From a bacterium (lineage in GTDB: Bacteria; Patescibacteriota; Saccharimonadia; Saccharimonadales; AWTP1-31): DNA of 64,000 nt. The first letter of the stretch is position 1, and each line of letters starts with the position of its first letter. The notes under the pieces were generated by a model. It did not search any database. It was given only the letters and a program-made list of their open reading frames with translations, and was not told the DNA's origin. The stretch lies in NCBI GenBank assembly GCA_030426125.1, contig JAUHZB010000001.1, positions 94,583-158,582 on the forward strand, in the 5' to 3' direction. The position numbers and the translations under genes were made by a program. This document shows positions 1-10,090 of the stretch, one piece after another.

Positions 1-2
1 TG

Positions 3-128
3 TTTTCCACAGCCTAATTAACAACATCGTGATTTTATGTAGCAATATGCTCAAACAGGAGTCGACTTATACACATACAACATTAACTCCTCTCAATCTG
101 TGGAAAGTACTTGATTGTTGGTGGATAA
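3..128. promoter_or_regulatory. DnaA-box cluster, probable part of oriC
   Basis: TTTTCCACA 3-11, TTATACACA 67-75, TGTGGAAAG 99-107 and GGTGGATAA 120-128 are all close to TTATNCACA. They lie just upstream of rpmH, the usual dnaA-rpmH origin position. Confidence 0.8.
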
Positions 129-276
129 CTTGCTAGTATTAGTGGGTTAAATATTGTTAATTTCACCTTTATGAGAATTCAAAAATATATTTTGTAGTAA
201 GGGTGATCTGCTAGAAAAAATAAGCACTTATAACCTAAGTTTTGATTTAGCAGTAATTAAAGATAAAGTATTAGAT

Positions 277-414
277 ATGCCAAAAAGAACTTATCAACCA
301 AAAAAACGACATCGTTCCCGTGTTCACGGCTTTATGAAGCGGATGGCTTCAAAGGCTGGCCGGAATGTACTTCGCTCACGCCGTAATAAGGGTCGAGCTC
401 GTCTTTCGCACTAA
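277..414 (+). CDS. rpmH: 50S ribosomal protein L34 (45 aa, below the ORF-track cutoff)
   Basis: Manual translation [45 protein letters not shown] matches the L34 signature. Confidence 0.98.
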   Translation: MPKRTYQPKKRHRSRVHGFMKRMASKAGRNVLRSRRNKGRARLSH

Positions 415-438
415 AAGCAAGTAATAACCTTAAGCTGA

Positions 439-468
439 TTGACAACTGTTATAGCTATTGAGTACTAT
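439..468 (+). promoter_or_regulatory. Putative sigma70 promoter for the surface protein gene
   Basis: TTGACA 439-444, 18-nt spacer, TACTAT 463-468. Confidence 0.55.
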
Positions 469-497
469 GGTTATGTAATAACTATAGGTAGTTTTCG

Positions 498-2825
498 GTG
501 CACCTAATTAAACAGAAATCAGAGAAAAGACAGAACATCTTAAGGGGGGTTGTATACACCCCTTTAAGTGTGTTTGTGGCCACCTTCCTCTTTCTACTAC
601 TTTCCTCCACTCCAGCCCACGCAGCCCCAGCTACCTTTACAGTAACTAATACCAATGACTCAGGAGCTGGTAGTCTAAGGCAAGCCATAAATGACGCCAA
701 TGCCAATGATAATGATGCCGATTTAGACACTATCGAGTTCGATATACCCGGTAGCGAGGTGCATACCATAGTACTAGGTTCTTCATTGCCGACAATTACC
801 GAGCAGGTTGTTATTGACGGCTATACGCAGTCAGGAGCCCAAGAAAACACAGCTATAGCACCAGAACCACTAAATGGAACAATCAAGATAGAGTTAGACT
901 TCAGTGCCGTTAGTGATGATGGTATAGAGTTTCAAGCGGATAACTCAATAATAAAAGGGTTAGCTATGTTCTCCACTACAGATTCGGAGCGGGTAGTAAG
1001 CGTTAATGCGAATAACGTAGAATTTACTGGTAATTATGGAAACCTACGTGCTGATGGAATGACTATGGTGGATAATCAGAATGAAGATCAGTCTAATCTT
1101 GTCACTTTTGGCAGTGCCTATAGTGGTTTTCAGTTTGGGGGGCTATTGCCCGAAGAGAGGAATGTTATTGCGGTTACAGTCGGTTCGTTGACTAGTGGCG
1201 CGATATCTATTAATGGCAGTAGTGTAACGGTTCAAGGAAACTATATAGGGTTAGCAAAAGACGGCCTAACAGATATTGGTGGAGGTGTTATTGGCGATGT
1301 GTTACAGGGTGCAAATGGGTTGAGTATAGGTAGTGGTTCCGGTGTCGTCATTGGTGGTACAGATGAAGGGGCAATTAATGTAATTTCAGGATCATCAATA
1401 GTCCAATTAAATGCTGGTACTGGTGGGTCTGTCATCCAAGGTAATTACATCGGCACAGACTATAAGGGTGAAGCAAATGAGGGCATAGACAATGGTGTTG
1501 GCATATCTAACGCATCAGGTAATTTAATTGGAGGAGCTGGTGCTGGGGAGGGCAATTTGTTCGCAGGCTTGTCGGGTTCTGCAGTAACAATCAACTCAGT
1601 ATATATTCAGCAATTTGATTTTAGTAATGTTCCTCAAAATGTAGCTATACTAGGTAATTCAATTAAGGACGTTGAGGTATTAGATTATGCCAATTTCGGC
1701 ACCTCCAATCTAGCTATAGACCTATTCCGTCAGGAGAATACAGACGATGTATTTGCTGGAACCTTTGACTTTTTCGATCGTGGCCCCACCCCCAACGACG
1801 TAGGTGATGGTGATGACGGCCCTAATGGCTTTATTAATACCCCAGTACTCAAATCTGCACAACAAGTTGGCAATCAACTAACCATCACCTATGACCTTGA
1901 CGCAGCTGACTCACCTAGTGATGAATACAGAATAGAGTTCTTTGCCAATGACGAGAGTAGTATCTTTGGCTATGGTCCTGGTGAAACCTTCCTAGGTTCT
2001 GACACTGTCTCTCCTGGTACAGACATAGAAACAGTACTGACTGTCAGTGGAGACCAAACTAACAAAGCTTTGTCTAGCACTACCACTGCAGTTGACGGAG
2101 ATACTGACTCTGGCTTTGGCTCCACCAGTGAGTTCTCTCGCAACATCTCCATTGGTAGTTCTTCAGACTTTGACAGTGATGGAGCTAGCACTGCCATGGA
2201 GAACTCTGCACCAAACTCTGGAGACGGTAACAATGACGGTATCCTAGATAGTATCCAACCTACAGTAACTTCCTTTGAGATAGATAGTACTGGAGTATAC
2301 GCTACTCTAGTTACTACCGGATGTTCTGAGAACGGTACTGTCTCTAGCGTTGACGTGTCTACACTAAACAAAACCGACAATGGCTATGACTATCCATATG
2401 GCCTTACAGACTTTAGTCTAAACTGCAGTCGTGGAGACACAGTCAACGTAGAGCTATACATCCATACAGTAGATAACCCAGATCAGTACATACCTAGGAA
2501 GTATAACCCTACTACTGAAACCTTCACTGACATTCCAGACTCTACCCTAACCACAGCAACCCTAGGAGACTCTACAGCCCTAAAACTAAGCTACTCTGTG
2601 ACTGATGGAGGAGAATTAGATGATGACGGAGAAGAAAACGGTATTATTGTAGACCCTGTAGGACTAGCTACAGAAAGTAGTACCACCATAAACCTAGCTG
2701 ACAGTAATGATGGTAGTTTGGCGGAGACGGGAGATAGCATTAACTACATAGCGATTATTGTAATTGTATTTTCAGTTTCAATGATAAGCAGACAATTACA
2801 AGAAAAGGGTAATTATAAAGAATAA
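498..2825 (+). CDS. Secreted beta-helix surface protein with choice-of-anchor-U-like C-terminal domain and LAETG sorting signal
   Basis: Signal peptide ending AHA-A; VTNTNDSGAGSLRQAI start; GNYIG beta-helix repeats; DGGELDDDGEENGIIVDPVG; LAETG + hydrophobic helix + basic tail. Confidence 0.8.
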   Translation: MHLIKQKSEKRQNILRGVVYTPLSVFVATFLFLLLSSTPAHAAPATFTVTNTNDSGAGSLRQAINDANANDNDADLDTIEFDIPGSEVHTIVLGSSLPTITEQVVIDGYTQSGAQENTAIAPEPLNGTIKIELDFSAVSDDGIEFQADNSIIKGLAMFSTTDSERVVSVNANNVEFTGNYGNLRADGMTMVDNQNEDQSNLVTFGSAYSGFQFGGLLPEERNVIAVTVGSLTSGAISINGSSVTVQGNYIGLAKDGLTDIGGGVIGDVLQGANGLSIGSGSGVVIGGTDEGAINVISGSSIVQLNAGTGGSVIQGNYIGTDYKGEANEGIDNGVGISNASGNLIGGAGAGEGNLFAGLSGSAVTINSVYIQQFDFSNVPQNVAILGNSIKDVEVLDYANFGTSNLAIDLFRQENTDDVFAGTFDFFDRGPTPNDVGDGDDGPNGFINTPVLKSAQQVGNQLTITYDLDAADSPSDEYRIEFFANDESSIFGYGPGETFLGSDTVSPGTDIETVLTVSGDQTNKALSSTTTAVDGDTDSGFGSTSEFSRNISIGSSSDFDSDGASTAMENSAPNSGDGNNDGILDSIQPTVTSFEIDSTGVYATLVTTGCSENGTVSSVDVSTLNKTDNGYDYPYGLTDFSLNCSRGDTVNVELYIHTVDNPDQYIPRKYNPTTETFTDIPDSTLTTATLGDSTALKLSYSVTDGGELDDDGEENGIIVDPVGLATESSTTINLADSNDGSLAETGDSINYIAIIVIVFSVSMISRQLQEKGNYKE

Positions 2826-2854
2826 TTGACAAAAAAGCATAAACGTGATAGCAT
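2826..2854 (+). promoter_or_regulatory. Putative sigma70 promoter
   Basis: TTGACA 2826-2831, 17-nt spacer containing AAGCATAAAC, TAGCAT 2849-2854. Confidence 0.65.
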
Positions 2855-2924
2855 TATTTCCAAGACTGATAAACAAAAAATATTAAACAAAATATATAAA
2901 TATCAATAAAAAGGAAAAAGAAAA

Positions 2925-3326
2925 ATGTCACAAACTGTAGATGTAGAAACAAAAGAAGGACCAAGTACGTTTGAACTAGCGCCACAAACAAATGAAGGAC
3001 GGCGAAAAGGAGATATAGCAGGTAAAGCAACTAGCTTAGCTGTTGAACAAGTTCCAATCGGAACAGATGAAGATTTTAGAAAATTTATCGCCAAAGGCGA
3101 AAAAAATGACAACGAGGTAAAACCTAGAGGTCAAACTGATGCGGCTATTCATAACGCCGGAAATGATGAGCTAGCAATCGGTCGTTATCCATCGCCAGAT
3201 AAGGATCTTGATGAGAACTACATACCTGAAGAAACTGCCCGACAAGAAGCACTAGCTACTAAACAGCAAGGAGAAGCGCTCGCTGACTTAGCTGCCTATG
3301 AGGCTAATCCTGATCCAAATAAGTAA
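2925..3326 (+). CDS. Hypothetical acidic protein
   Basis: 133-aa ORF with its own promoter and AAGGA upstream; no recognisable domain. Confidence 0.7.
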   Translation: MSQTVDVETKEGPSTFELAPQTNEGRRKGDIAGKATSLAVEQVPIGTDEDFRKFIAKGEKNDNEVKPRGQTDAAIHNAGNDELAIGRYPSPDKDLDENYIPEETARQEALATKQQGEALADLAAYEANPDPNK

Positions 3327-3333
3327 ACAGCAT

Positions 3334-3390
3334 AGGGCTAAGAACTACAGTCGGTGTTTGTTTAATAATTGTCTAAAGTAGTTCAGCCCT
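3334..3390 (+). terminator. Long hairpin, possible terminator, overlapping the rnpA promoter
   Basis: AGGGCT(AA)GAACTAC pairs with GTAGTTCAGCCCT and is followed by TTATT. TTGTCT 3369-3374 N17 TATTAT 3392-3397 overlaps its 3' arm. Confidence 0.45.
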
Positions 3391-3403
3391 TTATTATTAT
3401 CTT

Positions 3404-3766
3404 ATGATAGGTCAAAAGAACCGCTTTCATGGCCATAATAGCTTGAGTTATGTATATAGCAAAGGTCGGACCCTTAGGGGGTCCGGTTTTGCTGTTAAGT
3501 ACGCCAATAATCCGAGGCGAAAAACTTATCGCTGTGCGGTGGTAGTTAGTAAGAAGGTGAGTAAATCGGCGGTTACTAGGAACCGGATTAGACGAAGAGT
3601 TTATGAAATAGTTCGTGATGTGGAGGATCAGCTTGTAGGGTCACCAGATATTGTGGTGACTGTGTATGCTGAGAATATTGCAACCATTGGATTTGAGGAG
3701 TTAAAAAAGAGCTTTTTGCAGGTTATGCTCCAATCTGAAATGCTCGGAAAAAGAGAGGGAGCTTAA
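3404..3766 (+). CDS. rnpA: Ribonuclease P protein component
   Basis: VVSKKVSKSAVTRNRIRRR RNR motif; located between rpmH and yidC. Confidence 0.95.
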   Translation: MIGQKNRFHGHNSLSYVYSKGRTLRGSGFAVKYANNPRRKTYRCAVVVSKKVSKSAVTRNRIRRRVYEIVRDVEDQLVGSPDIVVTVYAENIATIGFEELKKSFLQVMLQSEMLGKREGA

Positions 3767-4222
3767 ATGGCTAAAGATAGATTTAAAATTATACCGGCGG
3801 TTTACTTGTTGCTTAGAAAAGATGACCAGGTGCTACTGTTAAGACGCTATAATACTGGCTATCAGGATGGGAAGTATGGTTTAGTAGCTGGACACCTTGA
3901 TGGCGATGAGTTAGCTCGAGATGCGATGGTTAGAGAAGCCAAAGAGGAGGCCTGGATCACTGTTAATGCTGATGACTTAGATTTCGTGCATGTTGTGCAT
4001 CGACTTAGTAGAGGTGAGTCGGGTCAGGAAAGAGTCGATCTATTCTATGAAGCCAGCAAATGGCAGGGCGAAATAACAAATATGGAACCACACAAGTGTG
4101 ATGATTTATCCTGGTTTCCGATAAATGATTTACCGGATAATATTTTGCCATTGGTAGGAAGAGTAATTAAAGACATTTCCAAAGGCATCAATTACTCGGA
4201 GTACACTGAAGAGCCAGTGTAA
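3767..4222 (+). CDS. NUDIX hydrolase
   Basis: GHLDGDELARDAMVREAKEE Nudix box. Confidence 0.9.
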   Translation: MAKDRFKIIPAVYLLLRKDDQVLLLRRYNTGYQDGKYGLVAGHLDGDELARDAMVREAKEEAWITVNADDLDFVHVVHRLSRGESGQERVDLFYEASKWQGEITNMEPHKCDDLSWFPINDLPDNILPLVGRVIKDISKGINYSEYTEEPV

Positions 4223-4372
4223 AAATACTTCCGGCTGGTTTATGCAAATTAATTACTAGTGATACTGCTGGCGTGTTAGAATGGAGGCTAGACACTAAAT
4301 ATTTTGTCTTGGTTGATTATCTTCATGCTAACCTATGATTTGATCAACTACACCTAAGAAGAAGGAGAACCG

Positions 4373-5353
4373 ATGTTTACAACCCTTATAGTTCAGCCCA
4401 TTTTTAACCTACTAGTTCTTATTTATGCCCTAATTCCAGGCCATAACTTTGGACTAAGTATTATATTATTTACCATTTTAGTTCGCTTGCTAATGTGGCC
4501 GTTAGTTAAGAAGCAGCTGCATCAAGCTAAAGCGATGCGTGAGTTACAGCCTGAACTAAAACGCATTAAAAAAGCCGCTGCTGGCAATCGTCAGAAAGAA
4601 TCAATGCTGATGATGGAGCTGTATAAGGAAAGGGAGATTAATCCTTTCGGAAGTATTGGCCTATTGATCGTTCAAATACCAATATTCATTGGTTTATATA
4701 GCGGATTAAATAGGATAGTTAATGACCCTAATGAAATAGTAAGCTTTTCCTATTCTTTCATAGCTAACTTGCCGTGGATTCAAACACTAGCTAGTGATAT
4801 ATCTCAGCTAGACAGCACTCTATTTGGTCTAGTTGATTTAACTAAAGCAGCATTGCCTTCTGGTGGTGGCATCTACTGGCCGGCCATGATAATCGTGGCT
4901 GCTAGTGCCATAGTTCAGTTTTTCCAAGCTAAACAGCTTATGCCTCAGAAAGATAAGAAGAAAAGCCTAAGACAAATCTTAGGTGATGCCAATAAAGGCA
5001 AGCAAGCTGATTCTAGCGAGATAAGCGCGGCGGTTGGTAGTAGCACCCAGTACATCCTACCTTTCTTTATCTTCATCGTTACCGTAAACATCGCTTCAGC
5101 CTTATCCTTGTACTGGTTAACAAGTGGTATTGTAGCTTTTATTCAGCAAGCTAGAGTACTAGGCCAAGATAAAGATGAAATGGCTACTACAACGGCAACC
5201 ACTAGTTCTAATTCGACCAGTAAATCCAAAGGCAAGGGTGGTAAAGAAGTTATTGAGGCGGAGATAATTCCACCTAAGGAAAAGAAAGCTAATAAGTCAA
5301 ATAAGAAAAACAAATCCAAGAAAAACTCTACTCGTAAAAAAAGAAGGAGTTAA
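4373..5353 (+). CDS. yidC: Membrane protein insertase YidC/Oxa1 (short form)
   Basis: FGLSIILFTILVRLLMWPL, LQPEL, LYKEREINP, LSLYW motifs; basic C-terminal tail. Confidence 0.95.
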   Translation: MFTTLIVQPIFNLLVLIYALIPGHNFGLSIILFTILVRLLMWPLVKKQLHQAKAMRELQPELKRIKKAAAGNRQKESMLMMELYKEREINPFGSIGLLIVQIPIFIGLYSGLNRIVNDPNEIVSFSYSFIANLPWIQTLASDISQLDSTLFGLVDLTKAALPSGGGIYWPAMIIVAASAIVQFFQAKQLMPQKDKKKSLRQILGDANKGKQADSSEISAAVGSSTQYILPFFIFIVTVNIASALSLYWLTSGIVAFIQQARVLGQDKDEMATTTATTSSNSTSKSKGKGGKEVIEAEIIPPKEKKANKSNKKNKSKKNSTRKKRRS

Positions 5354-5355
5354 TT

Positions 5356-5859
5356 ATGGAAGAATCAATTACATATGCCAAGAAATATCTAGAGGATATT
5401 TTATCTTTCTTCGGTCTGAATACCGATGTATATGCTACTAATAGCGATGATGAGGTTATAGAGCTTAATGTACCTTCAACCCATATGAACGGATTTTTAA
5501 TAGGTCATAACGGCGAAACCTTACGAGCCTTTCAGTATATGGTGTCAACCGCTTTAAAGAATAACGACTATGAAATTACCAGAGTTAACGTCGATATTGC
5601 AGACTACAAAAAGGCCAGAGCTGATCGTCTAGCTGAGGCGGCAACCGACTGGGTAAAAGAAGTCAAGGAAAAAGGAAAAGAAAAACACCTAGATCCGATG
5701 AATCCAGCAGATAGGCGGACTGTTCATAAGGTAGCTAGTGAGTATGGACTAGAGACCGAATCTATTGGTTATGGTCGAGAGCGCCATATAGTACTGAAGC
5801 CAAGTTTTGATGACCCGAAAAAAGAAGAAGAAAAACAGGAACAGGACGAAGCAAAATAA
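5356..5859 (+). CDS. jag: Jag/KhpB RNA-binding protein (KH + R3H)
   Basis: LIGHNGETLRAFQY KH motif, MNPADRRTVH R3H motif; follows yidC. Confidence 0.9.
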   Translation: MEESITYAKKYLEDILSFFGLNTDVYATNSDDEVIELNVPSTHMNGFLIGHNGETLRAFQYMVSTALKNNDYEITRVNVDIADYKKARADRLAEAATDWVKEVKEKGKEKHLDPMNPADRRTVHKVASEYGLETESIGYGRERHIVLKPSFDDPKKEEEKQEQDEAK

Positions 5860-5862
5860 TAG

Positions 5863-6954
5863 CTACTTTAGTAGCTGATTATATATCTCTAGGGTTTCTT
5901 TTGCAGTTTTCTGCCAAGAGTATTTAGATAGTTGTTTATGACCGTTTTCTATTAGCTGTTTTCGGTACTCTTTATCGTTTAATACCCGTTCAATTTTTAG
6001 CGCTATATCTTCCGGGTCTCTAGGGTTAAAGTATAGTGCTGCATCACCATAAATTTCTGGTAGGCAGCTAGCGTTGCTACTAATCACTGGCGCGCTGTGA
6101 GCCATGGCTTCAAGGCCTGGCAAACCAAAACCTTCACTGAGACTAGGGAAAACATAGGCCAGAGCTTTTGAATATAGCCAGTTTAGTTCATGGTCGCTTA
6201 CAAAACCAGTGAAATGGATATTTAGAATATTTCGTTTAGCAACATAGTCTTTTAGCTCTTGGTAGTTTCTGTCTCCACCAACTAACACTAGATTCAATTT
6301 TGGGTGATCTAGCTGAAGAAGTCGAAAACTTTCTACCAAGTTTCGAAGGTTTTTGTGAACTGCAGCTCTACCGACGTAGATAATATATTTTTTATTTTGC
6401 ATTGGCCTGTATATCGTCTTTTTGGAGCTAGCCTTAATTCCGGCCTCATACGTAACAGTTGTTTTATTTTTCGCTTTTCTGGTTAGCTTAATAAGATCTG
6501 TTTTTACAAATTTAGATGGTGTTAATATTTTCTTAGAGCTAAGAATCGCCATTTTGACCATTATCCAGTACAGGTTTTTCTTGAATTGGTAGCTGAAACT
6601 ATTTAATCCTCGGCTTTTAAAACGCAGTGGAGTCAAATCGTGAATGGTAGTAACTTTATTGCCAAAGTATAGAAGTGGTTGCTGAACAAAACTGAAGTGG
6701 ACTAGGTCGGGCTTTAATTTTTTTAATAAACCTAGTAATTGGAATTGTTCCGCGTAGCTAAACTGTGCAAATGGAGCTAGTACTTTTTGGAAGTTTTGAT
6801 TACTTGGTTGGTAGCTGTCAAAATCTTTTTCACTCAGCAGTATAGAATAGCGATTTTCTTTATCTAATTCTTCTAGTTTTACTAATAGCTCACGAATATA
6901 TCGACCGGAAGTAGTTGAATATTGTCGGGCATCTATAACGATATGGCGCATCAT
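5863..6954 (-). CDS. GT4 family glycosyltransferase
   Basis: FPSLSEGFGLPGLEAMA motif. Confidence 0.9.
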   Translation of the reverse strand: MMRHIVIDARQYSTTSGRYIRELLVKLEELDKENRYSILLSEKDFDSYQPSNQNFQKVLAPFAQFSYAEQFQLLGLLKKLKPDLVHFSFVQQPLLYFGNKVTTIHDLTPLRFKSRGLNSFSYQFKKNLYWIMVKMAILSSKKILTPSKFVKTDLIKLTRKAKNKTTVTYEAGIKASSKKTIYRPMQNKKYIIYVGRAAVHKNLRNLVESFRLLQLDHPKLNLVLVGGDRNYQELKDYVAKRNILNIHFTGFVSDHELNWLYSKALAYVFPSLSEGFGLPGLEAMAHSAPVISSNASCLPEIYGDAALYFNPRDPEDIALKIERVLNDKEYRKQLIENGHKQLSKYSWQKTAKETLEIYNQLLK

Positions 6955-6970
6955 ACCCTATAATTATAAA

Positions 6971-8257
6971 GTGACATTGATAAGAAAACTAATATTTACT
7001 CTGAGTTTAATCTTACTGGTTCTTCTGCCGTTCCAGACATTGTTTACGGTTTGGCTGGCTAGTAATTTCAGCTACCTGTATTTTTGGAGCGCCTGGAAAG
7101 AAGTTCTTGTCGCTATAATTGGAGTGCTAAGTGTAATACTGTTGGTGCTAGACAAGAGCCTACGAACGCGTTTCTTTGCTAAGGTATACAACCAAATTGC
7201 CGTAGCTTACTTGGTGCTCGGATTAGTTTATTTGGTAGTGCAGGCTTTTTCGCTAAACTCATTGATTGGTTTTGCAATAGATTTCCGGTTTATTGTTATT
7301 TTTCTAAGTCTCCAGCTAGTAGAAATACCAAAAGTAAGATTAACAAAAAGTCTCCTTATTATTGGTAGCATCCTTGGAATATTCTCACTTATTCAGATAT
7401 TCGTATTAAATCCAGATTTTCTAACTTTTTTTGGCTATGACGTTGCTGGAGTAAACACTGCGGGTATTCCGCCCGCTAGTCACACTGTAGCTTCCGGCAG
7501 TGAGTTGTATCGAGCCCAGGCAACGCTAAGAGGTCCTAATGAGCTGGGTGCCTACCTTATACTTCCGCTACTTATTGCTGTGTTTGGCTATTTAAAAACA
7601 AAGACCAAGTCGCTTCTAGTGTTAGCTGGAATTTGTTTTATTGGACTACTACTTAGTTACTCCCGTAGTGCATTACTTGGTTTGATCACCGGTATAGTTA
7701 TCTATGCTGCAATTAGTCGAATAAAGTTGCTGAAAAAAATACCAATTTATGCCTATTTGTTTGGGGTAACCCTATTAGTGATAGCAAGTGTACTAACTTG
7801 GAATAGTTCTACTTTTCAGACGGTGGTGCTACATAATAACCCAGATATACAGAAGGTGCAGTCCAACGAAGGTCATCTGCAAATTTCAAAAGAGGCGGCG
7901 CTGGATATCCTCGACCAACCACAAGGCTATGGTTTAGGTGAGGCTGGCCCAAGTTCAGCACTAGATGATCCCGAACAAGCAAAGATATCCGAAAACTTCT
8001 TTCTACAAATCGGTCTTGAGCTAGGAATAATTGGCATGGCCTTATTTATTGCGCTTCATTATTTTGTTTTAGTGGCTCTGCATAAGCTAAGATCTCAGCC
8101 ATTAGGCTATCCAATATTGCTAACATTTATAGCCCTTATACTGACAAACCTACTACTTCACACCTGGGCTGATGAGGCTATTTCAATAACTATTTGGGCT
8201 CTGGTTGCTACCCAACTTTCTTTGGTTGGTGGTCAGAAGAAAAAGGTAGCTAGATAA
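6971..8257 (+). CDS. O-antigen ligase/Wzy-like polytopic membrane protein
   Basis: About 12 TM helices; RAQATLRGPNELGAY, SYSRSALLG, GYGLG, ENFFLQ motifs. Confidence 0.8.
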   Translation: MTLIRKLIFTLSLILLVLLPFQTLFTVWLASNFSYLYFWSAWKEVLVAIIGVLSVILLVLDKSLRTRFFAKVYNQIAVAYLVLGLVYLVVQAFSLNSLIGFAIDFRFIVIFLSLQLVEIPKVRLTKSLLIIGSILGIFSLIQIFVLNPDFLTFFGYDVAGVNTAGIPPASHTVASGSELYRAQATLRGPNELGAYLILPLLIAVFGYLKTKTKSLLVLAGICFIGLLLSYSRSALLGLITGIVIYAAISRIKLLKKIPIYAYLFGVTLLVIASVLTWNSSTFQTVVLHNNPDIQKVQSNEGHLQISKEAALDILDQPQGYGLGEAGPSSALDDPEQAKISENFFLQIGLELGIIGMALFIALHYFVLVALHKLRSQPLGYPILLTFIALILTNLLLHTWADEAISITIWALVATQLSLVGGQKKKVAR

Positions 8258-8276
8258 ACTAATAAAAAGAAAACGC

Positions 8277-9248
8277 TTAGATTTTTTTAATGATCGGAGG
8301 TATTCTTTTCTCGATCAGTTTATTGACCTTAAGCACAGATATTTTTCTGGTTTTTTGTATTTGGCGTCTCTCCTTTAATTTTTTCGGCAGTAAGCTGAGT
8401 GCTTTAAATAGGGATCTAAAGAAGATTAGTGGATTTTTATTTTTTATGGTTGTGGTAGCCAGAATTCGTAGTGATTGAAGGAGTAAGAAAGGCGAGTAAA
8501 TTATTAATAACTGCCAGGGTAAGTTCTTCATAATGATAAAGTAGAAATTTTTAATAGTATGGTAGCGACTAAAATCACCTAATTTTGAGCTAGTTCCGCC
8601 AACATGGTGGTAGGCTAGGGCCGATGGTTGGTAATATACTTTCCATCCAGCTAACTGTGCCCTGAAGCTAATATCTACATCTTCATAGTAGGCAAAAAAG
8701 TCTTCATCAAAAATTCCAATTTCTTTAAACATTTCTGTGCTGTACAGTGACGCCCCGCCAGTAGCTCCAAAAACTGGTTCAATGTTGTCTCTCTGACCAC
8801 TATCAATCTCATTGCGGTCTCTGGGGTAGGGCATTCCCCATATGGTATAGAAATCTCCAGTGCTATCGATATGTTTTTTGTCGATGCGCATAAATTTTCC
8901 GGTAATTATTCCAGCATTAGGCTTTTCATCAGCGACTGCTACTAATTTTTCTAACCACTTGCTATCGGCTACCGCATCGTTGTTTAGAAGAGCAATATAC
9001 TTATATTGTTCTAGTGATGGTTTGATTCCTCTATTTACCCCGCCGGCAAATCCAGCGTTATCTGAGAATTCTAGTAGCTCTACTCTAGGGTGGTTGTCCT
9101 TAATTATTTTGACAGAGTTATCGACAGAGTTGTTGTCTACTACTAGAATATCTGGCTTTAAAGTTTGCTTTTCGAGTGACTGCAAACAATCGGAAATATA
9201 ATCTTCACCATTCCAATTGGGTATTACTACAACAACTTTAGTTTTCAT
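8277..9248 (-). CDS. GT2 family glycosyltransferase
   Basis: VVIPNWNG, VVDNNS, LLNND, YYEDVD motifs. Confidence 0.9.
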   Translation of the reverse strand: MKTKVVVVIPNWNGEDYISDCLQSLEKQTLKPDILVVDNNSVDNSVKIIKDNHPRVELLEFSDNAGFAGGVNRGIKPSLEQYKYIALLNNDAVADSKWLEKLVAVADEKPNAGIITGKFMRIDKKHIDSTGDFYTIWGMPYPRDRNEIDSGQRDNIEPVFGATGGASLYSTEMFKEIGIFDEDFFAYYEDVDISFRAQLAGWKVYYQPSALAYHHVGGTSSKLGDFSRYHTIKNFYFIIMKNLPWQLLIIYSPFLLLQSLRILATTTIKNKNPLIFFRSLFKALSLLPKKLKERRQIQKTRKISVLKVNKLIEKRIPPIIKKI

Positions 9249-9289
9249 ACTTATGCTATCTACTCTATAATATATAGACGATTATTGCT

Positions 9290-10090
9290 ATGAAACATAT
9301 ATTCTCAAAGAAGAACCGTGCATTATTGGCGGAGTTGGTTAGAACGGATTTTAAGCTCCGTTACCAGGGTTCGGTGCTGGGCTATGCTTGGTCGCTTCTT
9401 AAGCCACTTCTAATGTTCGGAATATTGTACGTTGTGTTTGTGAAGTTTATTAGGCTAGGTGGAGATATTCCAAACTTCCCCATATATCTACTGTTCGGTA
9501 TTGTTACCTGGAACTTTTTCTCAGAAATTACCACCCTAGGACTAATGTCTGTTGTAGGTAGAGGCGACTTAATTCGCAAAATTAGGATACCTAGATGGAT
9601 AATTATTCTTTCCAGTAGCATTACCGGCTTAATTAACTTGGGGTTAAATTTGATGGTTGTTTTAGTATTTGTATTGTTTGCGAATATAGACTTACTGAAA
9701 ACTAGTATATACGTGCCTTTCTATCTGCTCGAGATATACATATTCGCATTAGGTGTGTCGTTGATTCTATCGGCTGCTTACGTTAAGTACCGTGATATTA
9801 GCTATATCTGGGAGGTCTTAATGCAAGCTGGTTTTTACCTGACACCAATTTTGTACCCACTTAGTCTAATTGCAAATGAAAATATCCAAAAATTGGTATT
9901 AATAAATCCGATTGCACAGGCTATGCAGGATGCTAGATATGCCTTAGTTACACCAGCTACGACTACACTTAAGAGTTTATTTGGGGGTCCGGTTATATAT
10001 TTGGTTCCAATAGGTATTGTAACTTTAACCTTAGTCGGCGGTGTTTTATACTTTAAGAAAGAGGCTAAGTACTTTGCGGAGAATTTGTAA
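9290..10090 (+). CDS. wzm: Polysaccharide ABC exporter permease
   Basis: DFKLRYQGSVLGYAWSLLKP and FYLTPILYP motifs. Confidence 0.93.
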   Translation: MKHIFSKKNRALLAELVRTDFKLRYQGSVLGYAWSLLKPLLMFGILYVVFVKFIRLGGDIPNFPIYLLFGIVTWNFFSEITTLGLMSVVGRGDLIRKIRIPRWIIILSSSITGLINLGLNLMVVLVFVLFANIDLLKTSIYVPFYLLEIYIFALGVSLILSAAYVKYRDISYIWEVLMQAGFYLTPILYPLSLIANENIQKLVLINPIAQAMQDARYALVTPATTTLKSLFGGPVIYLVPIGIVTLTLVGGVLYFKKEAKYFAENL

